Of a stretch of DNA of 64,000 bases, positions 7,637 through 15,537 are shown one piece after another. This DNA comes from an uncultured Acidimicrobiaceae bacterium (GTDB taxonomy: Bacteria > Actinomycetota > Acidimicrobiia > Acidimicrobiales > RAAP-2), in contig CAVVUB010000001.1 in the NCBI GenBank assembly GCA_963751335.1, forward strand, positions 325,704 to 389,703. The letters are read 5' to 3'. Position numbers and translations under genes: made by a program. Every line of letters starts with the position of its first letter. Position 1 is the first letter of the stretch. The notes beneath the pieces were generated by a model. It was not told the origin of the DNA, did not search any database, and saw only the letters and a program-made list of their open reading frames with translations.

Positions 7637-8427
7637 CTATGAACGGTAGCAGGCGCCGCTGGCCCGGATGATGTCGGTGAACGCCGCCGCCTCCAGGCTC
7701 GCCCCGCCGACCAGGAGCCCGTCGACGTTGGGCTCGCTCATCAGGTCGGTCGCGTTCTCCGCGTTGACCGACCCCCCGTACTGGATTCGGATGTTTTCGG
7801 CCGCCATCGTCGCCTCCGACCTTGGCCACCAGGCTCCGGATGAACCCGCAGGCGTCCTCGGCGTCCATTGCCGTGGCGGCCTGACCGGTCCCGATGGCCC
7901 AGAGTGGCTCGTAGGCCACGACGAGGGCCGCCAGGGTCTCGGCCGGCAACCCGCTGAGGGCGGCGAGCACCTGCTCCTCCAGCACGCTCTCGGTGTGGCC
8001 CTGCTCCCGCTGTTCGGCGCTCTCCCCCACGCAGAGGATCGGGCGTCATCTCGTTGCGCAGGACGGCCCGCAGGGTGGCCGCCACCGTGGCGTCGTCCAT
8101 GCCGAAGAGGGTGCGCCGCTCCGAATGGCCCACGATCACGTAGGAGGTCCCGAGCCGGGCCAGCATGCGCGGGCTGACCTCGCCCGTGCGCGCCCCGGCG
8201 TCCTCGTCCGAGCAGTGCTGGGCTCCGAGGGCGATCGGGATGTGCTCCTTCTCCACCAGTGTCTGGACGGTGCGCAGGTCGGTGAAGGGCGGGTGCACCG
8301 AGACATCGACCTTGGCCACGTCCTCCGCCTTGAGGCGCAGTCCGAGATCGCGCACGGTGTGCAGCGCCTCGATGTGGTCATGGTGCATCTTCCAGTTCCC
8401 GCTGATCAGCGGGCGGCGCGTGCTCAC
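7637..8427 (-). pseudogene. tpiA: Triose-phosphate isomerase with two frame breaks (near 8035 and 7800), probably assembly indels
   Basis: Pieces read RRPLISGNWKMHH.., ..VIVGHSERR.., ..[13 protein letters not shown].. and the tail ..[32 protein letters not shown]. Span is 791 nt = 3n+2. The GTGA start overlaps the pgk stop. Confidence 0.85.
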
Positions 8428-9600
8428 CTCCGGGGGGCGTTCGGCGCGTGGCGGAGGGCATCGATGCCCGGGAGATGACCCTCGCTCTCTATGAACGACA
8501 ACGACGCGCCGCCGCCGGTGGACAGGTAGCCGATACGGTCGGTCAACCCCAACTCCTCGAGGGCACTGGCGCTGTCGCCGCCGCCGACCACCGTGAATCC
8601 GGGTGACTCGGCCACGGACGTGGGCGACCACCTTGGTCCCCTGGGCGAAGCGCTTGTCCTCGAACGCTCCCAGCGGGCCGTTCCAGAGCACCGTTCCGGC
8701 TCGCTCCACGGCGGCCGAGAAGGCGGCCGCCGTGTCGGGTCCGATGTCGAGGCCGGTCCACCCGTCGGGCAGGTCGCCCTCGATGACCTTGACGCTCCCC
8801 CGCGGCCCGTGCGCCTCCGATGGAGGACCAAAGGTGCCACCGGGCTCCAGGGCGCGGGTGTCCGTGGGCAGCAGGATGTCGATGCCCGATTCGAGCAGCG
8901 CCTGGCACTCCTCGAGGTGCGACTCGTCCAGGAGCGAGCTCCCGACCTGCTGCCCGCGGGCGGCCATGAAGGTGAAGGCCATGCCGCCGCCGACGATCAA
9001 GGTGTCCACCTTGGTCGCCAGGACCTTGAGGACTTCGAGCTTGTCGGCCACCTTGGCCCCGCCCACGACGGCCACGAAGGGACGCGCCGGGTGGGCCAGC
9101 AGGCCACCGAGCACCTCGACCTCCCGGGCGAAGCGCAGTCCCGCCGCACTGGGCAGGAACTGGGGCGGCCCCACGATGGAGGCGTCCTTGCGGTGCGCCG
9201 CCCCGAAGGCCTCGTCGACGTAGGCGTCGAACCCGTCGATCAAGCGGGCCACGAAGGCAGGATCGTTCGTCTTCTCGCCCGGATCGAAGCGCAGGTTCTC
9301 GGTCAGGGTGACCCCGGGACACAGGACGTCGAGGCGCTCTCGGACCGGGTCCATCTCCCAGCGGGGGTCGGGCGCGCCCGACGGACGCCCCAGATGCGAA
9401 GCCGCCACCACCTCTGCGCCCTCGTCGAGCAGGCGCTTGAGGGTGGGAATGGCGGCCGAGATGCGAAAATCGTCGGCCACGGTGGCCCGTCCCCGGACGC
9501 CGATGTGCAGGGGCACGTTGAAATCCACCCGCACCAGCACGCGCTTGCCCTCGACATCGGGGAGATCCTCGAGGAGCGGGAGCCCGCGCAAGGGGTCCAT
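8424..9600 (-). pseudogene. pgk: Phosphoglycerate kinase with one frame break near 8620, probably an assembly indel
   Basis: MDPLRGLPLLEDLPDVEGKRVLVRVDFNVPL.. continues through ..[11 protein letters not shown] then shifts to [33 protein letters not shown]. Deleting one C in cacgtCCgtgg restores the frame. Span is 1177 nt = 3n+1. Confidence 0.9.
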
Positions 9601-9605
9601 GACGA

Positions 9606-10622
9606 TCAGCGGGCGACCAGGACGCTCAAATCGACCAGCCGGTTCGAGTAGCCCCACTCGTTGTCGTACCAACCGAACGTCTTGACCAGCGACAGTTCGT
9701 CGTTGATCGGCATGACCATCGTCAGCTCGCTGTCGAAGGTGCACGAGGCCGGCGACCCCACGACGTCGCTCGAGACGATGGGGTCCTCGGTGTACTCGAG
9801 CACCCTGTCGAGCGGCGGCTTGGCGGCGGCTTCCGCGAAGGCGGCGTTGACCTCGGCCACCGAGGGGTTGCCCTGCACCACTGCGGTGAAGTCGGTGATG
9901 GAACCGGCCGGCACCGGGACCCGCAGCGAGTAGCCGTCGAGATGCCCCTTCATGGCCGCCAGCACCAGGCCGGTGGCCCGCGCCGCACCGGTCGAGGTGG
10001 GCACGATGTTGGTCGCCGCCGCACGCGCCCGACGCATGTCCTTGTGCGGAAGGTCGAGCAGGTTCTGGTCGTTGGTGTAGGCGTGCACGGTGGTCATGAG
10101 CCCGCTCACGATGTCGAAGGCGTCGTCGATCACCTTCACCATCGGGACGAAGCAGTTGGTCGTGCAGGAGGCGTTCGAGATGATGACGTCCTTCTCGGGA
10201 TCGAACTCGTCGTCGTTCACGCCGATCACGAAGGTGGCGTCGGCATCGCCGGAAGGGGCCGAAATGATGACCCGCTTCACCGTGTCGCCCAGATGTCCTG
10301 CCGCGGCGGCCCGACTCGTGAAGAGACCGGTCGACTCGATCACGACCTGGACTCCGAGGTCGTCCCAGGGCAGCCGCTCGGGCTCGCGCTCGGCCATGAC
10401 CCGGATGCGCTGCTCCCCCACCAGGAGATCACTGCCCTCGACCTGGACCGGGACGGAAAGGCGCCCGTGGGTCGAGTCGTAGCGCAGAAGGTGAGCCAGG
10501 GTGTCGGGCGACGTGAGGTCGTTCACACCCACCACTTCGACGTCGGCCCCCGTGGCGAGCACCGCCCGCAGATAGTTCCGACCGATGCGCCCGAAGCCAT
10601 TGATCCCGACACGCAGCGTCAT
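9606..10622 (-). CDS. gap: Type I glyceraldehyde-3-phosphate dehydrogenase
   Basis: Intact 338 aa: MTLRVGINGFGRIGRNYLRA.., active-site SNASCTTNC, C-terminal WYDNEWGYSNR. Confidence 0.95.
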   Translation of the reverse strand: MTLRVGINGFGRIGRNYLRAVLATGADVEVVGVNDLTSPDTLAHLLRYDSTHGRLSVPVQVEGSDLLVGEQRIRVMAEREPERLPWDDLGVQVVIESTGLFTSRAAAAGHLGDTVKRVIISAPSGDADATFVIGVNDDEFDPEKDVIISNASCTTNCFVPMVKVIDDAFDIVSGLMTTVHAYTNDQNLLDLPHKDMRRARAAATNIVPTSTGAARATGLVLAAMKGHLDGYSLRVPVPAGSITDFTAVVQGNPSVAEVNAAFAEAAAKPPLDRVLEYTEDPIVSSDVVGSPASCTFDSELTMVMPINDELSLVKTFGWYDNEWGYSNRLVDLSVLVAR

Positions 10623-10654
10623 GTTGCGTCCCTCTTTCTCGCCAACCAGGCGGA

Positions 10655-11527
10655 CTATGCCAGCAGACCCGACAGCGCCCGCGCCAGTTTGGCCGGGCTG
10701 TGCACCAGCCTGTTCTCCCCGGTCAGAGTGACGTCTTGGACCGCCAAATACGTTGTGCCGGTGGCCATGCCGCCGATGGTGTCACACAAGACCACGTCGA
10801 CCGCGACATCGTGCCTGGCCAGGGCCTCGACATGGGCTGCCACGTCGTATCCCTCGGTCTCGGGGATCTGGGGCCGCAGGTTGCAGACGTAGACGACCTG
10901 AGCCTGGGCTGAGGCCACCGCCTCGGCGATGCCCCGCACCGCCACGGCGGCCAGCACGCTGGTGAACAGGGAACCCGGCCCGATCACGATCTGGTCCGCC
11001 TCGGCGATCCGCTCGAGAGCCAGGGGCGGTGGCGCGGCGTCGTCGGGCACCACCGAGACCTGTCGGATGTCGCACGTCCCCATGACCGCCACCTGGCCGG
11101 CCACCGTGCCCTGGGCCGATTCGGCCTTGAGCGTGACCGGCTCCGCGGTGGCTGGCAGGACCTCGCCGTGCGCCCCCAGGAGCTGGGCTGCCTCCCGCAC
11201 ACCGAGCACGAGGTCGCCGGTGGCGTCGATCAGCCCCGTCAGGATGAGGTTGCCCAGCGCGTGACCGGCCAGCTCACCCTCTTCGAAGCGGCGCTCGAAG
11301 GCGAGCGCCAGGGCCGAGTCCTCGTCCGCCAGGGCGACCAGGCACTTGCGAATGTCGCCCAGGGCCACCACGTTGAGCAGCTCGCGCAGGCGTCCACTGC
11401 TCCCGCCGTCGTCGGCCACCGACACCACTCCGGTCAGGGAACCCGCGTAGCGGCGGGCCGCCTTCAGGGTCACCGCGGTGCCGTGCCCCCCGCCGATGGC
11501 CACCACGGCCGGCCGGACTTCGCTCAC
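10655..11527 (-). CDS. yvcK: YvcK/CofD-family gluconeogenesis factor (UPF0052)
   Basis: VVAIGGGHGTAVTLKAARRY..VVSVADDGGSSGRLR..GDIRKCLVALA..IVIGPGSLFTSVLA. The GTGA start overlaps the rapZ stop at 11524-11527. Confidence 0.85.
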   Translation of the reverse strand: MSEVRPAVVAIGGGHGTAVTLKAARRYAGSLTGVVSVADDGGSSGRLRELLNVVALGDIRKCLVALADEDSALALAFERRFEEGELAGHALGNLILTGLIDATGDLVLGVREAAQLLGAHGEVLPATAEPVTLKAESAQGTVAGQVAVMGTCDIRQVSVVPDDAAPPPLALERIAEADQIVIGPGSLFTSVLAAVAVRGIAEAVASAQAQVVYVCNLRPQIPETEGYDVAAHVEALARHDVAVDVVLCDTIGGMATGTTYLAVQDVTLTGENRLVHSPAKLARALSGLLA

Positions 11528-12388
11528 TTGTCGATGTCCCGGTGGAAGACGGAGGCGGCCTGGCCGTGACCGGCCAGCCGGTCGGCCAGCGCCTGGGCCA
11601 GCGCGACCGAGCGGTGCCGCCCGCCGGTGCACCCCATGGCGATGGTCAGGTACGACTTCCCCTCCCGGACGAAGGCCGGGAGGATGCTGGTCAACAGGTC
11701 GTCGACCTTCTCGAGGAACGACAGCGACTCGGGCTGGGACAGGACGTACTCACGCACCGGCTCGTCGAGCCCGCTGAAGGGACGCAGCTCCTCGACCCAG
11801 AAGGGGTTGGGCAGGAAGCGGCAGTCGAAGACCAGGTCGACATCGAGCGGGATGCCGTGCTTGTAGCCGAACGAGACGACCGAGGTCTGCATGAGCTGCT
11901 CCTCGTCGTCACCGAACGCCTCGAGGATCCGCGAGCGCAGCTGATTCGAGTTCAGCTCGCCGGTGTCGATCATGAGGTCGGCCCGCTCGCGTACAGGCTC
12001 GAGCAAGCTTGCGTTCGTCGGCGATCGACTCCTCCACGCCCCGGGCGGCCAGGGGGTGGCGCCGGCGGGTGCCCTCGTAGCGGCGAATCAGCACCTCGTC
12101 GGGCGCGTCGAGAAAGATCACACGCACGCGCTTGCGGGTGGACCGCAACTCGTCGAGCACGTCAGGCAGGTCGTCGAAGTATTCGGGGCCGGTATTGGAG
12201 CCTCCCCGTCCGATCACCAGGGCGACACGCTCGATGCCGGACCCGGGCCGGTCCACCATCTCGACCATCTTCATGATGAGGCCTGCGGGAAGGTTGTCGA
12301 TGACGAACCAACCCACATCCTCGAGCGCCGCCGCCGCGGTCGATCGCCCGGCACCCGACATCCCCGTCACCACGGCGAACTCGCTCAT
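11524..12388 (-). pseudogene. rapZ: RNase adapter / nucleotide-binding protein RapZ with one frame break near 12005
   Basis: The N-terminal half reads MSEFAVVTGMSGAGRSTAA..FVIDNLP. The C-terminal half reads ..SFGYKHGIPLDVDLVFDCRFLPNPFW..GCTGGRHRSV. Deleting one T in aagcTTgctcgag restores ..ERKLLEPVRE... Span is 865 nt = 3n+1. Confidence 0.85.
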
Positions 12389-14250
12389 CGTCCTCCAGCC
12401 TTGCGCACGCCCTCGTAGACGGCGACACCGACGCTGTCGGGCAGCCAGGACGGGGCCAGCAGCTCCTCCAGGCTGGCTGCCCGGACCGCGTTGACCCCGC
12501 CGAACTCCTTGACCAATCGTGCCTTGCGCGTCGGCCCCAAACCGGGGATGTCGTCCAACAGGCTCTTGGTCATCCGCTTGGCCCGGCGCTCCCGATGGAA
12601 CGTGATGGCGAAGCGGTGCGCCTCGTCCCGAAGCCGTTGGAGCAGGTAGAGGGCCTCAGAGCCCCGGCGCAGGCGGATGGGCTCGGGATCACCAGGGCGG
12701 TAGACCTCCTCGAACTGCTTGGCCAGGGAGGCCAGCTCCATCTCGTCTTCGAGCCCGAGCTCACGGACCACCCGCTCGGCCACGTGCAGCTGCCCCTTCC
12801 CCCCATCGACCAGCAGCAGGTTGGGGCGGTAGGCGAAGCGCCGCGGCCGCTCGCCGGCGGGCGTGTCCTTCGCCATCTTGAGGGCCGTGAGCCGCCGGGT
12901 GAGTACCTCCTCCATGGCTGCATAGTCGTCGTTCCCGGGCACGGACTTGACCTTGAACCGGCGGTAATCCGAGCGTTTGGCCAGGCCGTCCTCCATCACG
13001 ACCATGGATCCGACATAGTCGGTCCCCTGGAGGTGGCTCATGTCGTAGCACTCGATCCGGAGGGGGGCCTCACGAAGACCCAGGGCACCCTGGAGCTCCG
13101 TCAGCGCCCGTGAGCGCGCGTTGTGGTCCGAGGCCCGCCGCAAACGGTGGCGGGCCAGGTCCTCGCTCGCTGAGCGGGTCACCGTCTCCTGGAGGGCCCG
13201 CTTGGCCCCCCGCTGCGGCACCGCGAAGTCGACCGGGCCCTCACGCACGGCGCGCAGCCAGCTCTCGAGCAGCTCTTGTTCAGCCGGCAGCTCGGGTACC
13301 AGCACCCGCCGGGGCACCTCGGCGCCTTCGTCGCCGTACACCTGCGACACGATCGTCCGCACGAACTCGGGGCTCGAGAGGTCCTCGACCTTCTCGGCCA
13401 CGAAGCCTCGGTTGCCGACCACGCGGCCCCGGCGCACCCGGAAGATCTGCACCGCCGCTTCGAGGGGATCCTCCGCCACCCCGACGATGTCGAAGTCCTC
13501 GGCCCGATCCGAGACCATCTGCTGGGCTTCGGCCGCCTTGTGCACGGCGGTGATCCGGTCACGCAGTCGTGCTGCCCGCTCGAACTGCAGCTCGTCCGAC
13601 GCGGCGCGCATGTCCGCTTCCAAACTGGCCAGCACGGGCTCGGTGTCGCCGGAGAGGAACCGCATCAGGTCGTTGACGTAGCCGTCGTAGGCGTCGTGAT
13701 CCACTGCGCCCACGCACGGACCCGAGCAGCGGTCGATGTCGTAGAGCAGGCATGGACGCCCCAAGCGCTCGTGCCGCTTGAACTTCGTCTCCGAGCACGT
13801 GCGGACAGGGAAGCTCCGGATCAAGAGGTCGAGGGTCTGGCGGATGGCGTAGGCGTGACCGTAGGGACCGAAGTAGCGCACGCCCTTGCGCTTGCGCCCG
13901 CGTACGACGGCCGGGCGCGGCCACTCCTCGTTCAGGGTGATGGCCAGCCAGGGGTAACTCTTGTCGTCTTTGAGGCGGACGTTGTAACGAGGCAGGTGCG
14001 CCTGGATCAGCGAGTGCTCCAGAATCAGCGCGTCCACCTCGCTGTCGACCACGATCCACTCGACGTGGTCGGCCTGGGCGACCATCTGGGCCGTCCGGGG
14101 CATCAGCTTGGCCGACTCCTGCCAGTAATTGGGCAGGCGGTGGCGCAGCGACTTCGCCTTGCCGACGTAGAGGACTCGGCCTTCGGAGTCGTAGAACTGG
14201 TACGAGCCCGGTGCGTCCGGGATTGAGCCCGTGGGGGGCCGATACTGCAT
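12385..14250 (-). CDS. uvrC: Excinuclease ABC subunit C
   Basis: Intact. The start is taken at MQYRPPTGSIPDAPGSYQFYDSEGRVLYVGKAKSLRHRL (GIY-YIG). C-terminal HhH (IPGLGPTRKARLVKEFG). ATGA overlap with the rapZ start. Confidence 0.95.
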   Translation of the reverse strand: MQYRPPTGSIPDAPGSYQFYDSEGRVLYVGKAKSLRHRLPNYWQESAKLMPRTAQMVAQADHVEWIVVDSEVDALILEHSLIQAHLPRYNVRLKDDKSYPWLAITLNEEWPRPAVVRGRKRKGVRYFGPYGHAYAIRQTLDLLIRSFPVRTCSETKFKRHERLGRPCLLYDIDRCSGPCVGAVDHDAYDGYVNDLMRFLSGDTEPVLASLEADMRAASDELQFERAARLRDRITAVHKAAEAQQMVSDRAEDFDIVGVAEDPLEAAVQIFRVRRGRVVGNRGFVAEKVEDLSSPEFVRTIVSQVYGDEGAEVPRRVLVPELPAEQELLESWLRAVREGPVDFAVPQRGAKRALQETVTRSASEDLARHRLRRASDHNARSRALTELQGALGLREAPLRIECYDMSHLQGTDYVGSMVVMEDGLAKRSDYRRFKVKSVPGNDDYAAMEEVLTRRLTALKMAKDTPAGERPRRFAYRPNLLLVDGGKGQLHVAERVVRELGLEDEMELASLAKQFEEVYRPGDPEPIRLRRGSEALYLLQRLRDEAHRFAITFHRERRAKRMTKSLLDDIPGLGPTRKARLVKEFGGVNAVRAASLEELLAPSWLPDSVGVAVYEGVRKAGGR

Positions 14251-14412
14251 CACTCCCACTCTCGCGCACGCCTGCGACGTGGGCGTTACACTGGTGGTGC
14301 CGGCCTGGTATCCGGCACACAACCTCGCATCGAGGCCGACATACCCGCGGATGGGCGACCAGGCTGTCCCCGCCGGCCAGATCGATGCTCTCCCTCAAAG
14401 GGGGCAGACCAC

Positions 14413-15507
14413 ATGCTCAGGCTCCAGGCGCCGCTCTCCGAGCGTTATACCGCCGCGACCGACGACGAGTTGGCCGCCATGATCGGCCACGCCAAGGAGG
14501 CGCTCGGCTCACGGGTGTTCATCCTCGGCCACCACTACCAGCGCGACGACGTCATGCGCTGGGCCGATGCACGGGGCGACTCCTTCGGGCTCTCCCGTCT
14601 GGCCGCCGGCCAGGACGAGGCGGAGTTCATCGTCTTCTGCGGCGTCCACTTCATGGCCGAGTCGGCGGACGTCCTGACCGGGGACCACCAACAGGTCGTC
14701 CTGCCCGATCTGAACGCCGGCTGTTCCATGGCCGATATGGCCGACATCGACCAGGTCGAGGAGGCCTGGGACGACCTGGCCCGGGTGATCGACGTGGACG
14801 GGCTGATCCCGGTGACCTACATGAACTCGGCCGCCGCGCTGAAGGCCTTCGTCGGGAAGCACGGCGGCGCGGTCTGCACGTCCTCCAACGCCCGGGCCGT
14901 GCTGACGTGGGCCCTCGAACGGGGCGAGCGCGTCTTGTTCTTCCCCGACCAGCACCTCGGGCGCAATACCGGCTACCAACTCGGCTTCGGCGCCGACGAC
15001 ATGCGCGTGTGGAATCCGAGGCTCGCGCTTGGTGGACTGACCGACCGCGAGGTCAAGGAATCCACTTTGCTCCTGTGGAAGGGCCACTGCTCGGTGCATC
15101 AGCGCTTCCGCCCCGAGCACGTCGAGGCCTTCCGGGCCGAGCACCCCGAGGGGATCGTCATGATCCACCCCGAGTGCGCGCACGAGGTCGTCGAGCTCGG
15201 AGACGTCATCGGTTCGACCGATGCCATCATCCGAGCCGTCGAGGAGGCACCGCCCGGCTCGGTGATCGGTGTGGCCACCGAGATCCATCTGGTCAAGCGT
15301 CTCAACGACGAGTCACCCGACAAGACCGTCGTCTGTCTCGATCCGCTCGTCTGCCCGTGCTCGACCATGTCGCGCATCGACCCCCCGCACTTGGCCTGGA
15401 TTCTCGAAGGCTTGGTCGACGGGCAGGTGCGCAATCCCATCAGGGTCGACGCCGAGACCGCCGAATGGGCCAAGGTGGCACTCGAGCGCATGCTCGCCAT
15501 CACCTGA
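14413..15507 (+). CDS. nadA: Quinolinate synthase NadA
   Basis: Intact 364 aa: ..VFILGHHYQRDDV..FCGVHFMAESADVL..PDLNAGCSMADMA..MIHPEC... Confidence 0.9.
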   Translation: MLRLQAPLSERYTAATDDELAAMIGHAKEALGSRVFILGHHYQRDDVMRWADARGDSFGLSRLAAGQDEAEFIVFCGVHFMAESADVLTGDHQQVVLPDLNAGCSMADMADIDQVEEAWDDLARVIDVDGLIPVTYMNSAAALKAFVGKHGGAVCTSSNARAVLTWALERGERVLFFPDQHLGRNTGYQLGFGADDMRVWNPRLALGGLTDREVKESTLLLWKGHCSVHQRFRPEHVEAFRAEHPEGIVMIHPECAHEVVELGDVIGSTDAIIRAVEEAPPGSVIGVATEIHLVKRLNDESPDKTVVCLDPLVCPCSTMSRIDPPHLAWILEGLVDGQVRNPIRVDAETAEWAKVALERMLAIT

Positions 15508-15537
15508 GGCTGGGCTTCCGGGCCGTGATCAGCGCGC

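Noticed and set aside
8593-9651. Very long ORFs antisense to or overlapping real genes. Examples are 8593-9651 +, 14211-15647 +, 20129-21595 +, 23806-25698 +, 49475-51346 +, 57597-59135 - and 61737-63086 +.
   Set aside because: These are typical high-GC shadow frames. Their products are Arg/Gly/Pro/Asp-rich low-complexity strings with no motifs, and the opposite or alternative frame carries a clearly homologous protein.
7741-9744. A 667-codon ORF that reads as a PGK-TPI fusion protein. Bifunctional PGK-TPI fusions exist in some bacteria.
   Set aside because: The join is about 60 codons of Arg-rich out-of-frame sequence created by the +1 break near 8620. In the corrected frame pgk ends at TGA 8424-8426, overlapping a GTG start for tpiA. 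The first 48 codons of the ORF run antisense-free into the gap 3' end. These are two separate genes.
14251-14412. Possible NAD+ (nadA-motif) riboswitch in the 162-nt nadA leader. It has a 7-bp hairpin gtgccgg-N8-ccggcac followed by ACAACC-hairpin-CCGAC.
   Set aside because: The resemblance to the nadA motif is only a few nucleotides from memory. I cannot reproduce the tandem bulged-stem architecture, and the motif is described from a different phylum. A covariance-model scan would be needed, so this is not claimed.
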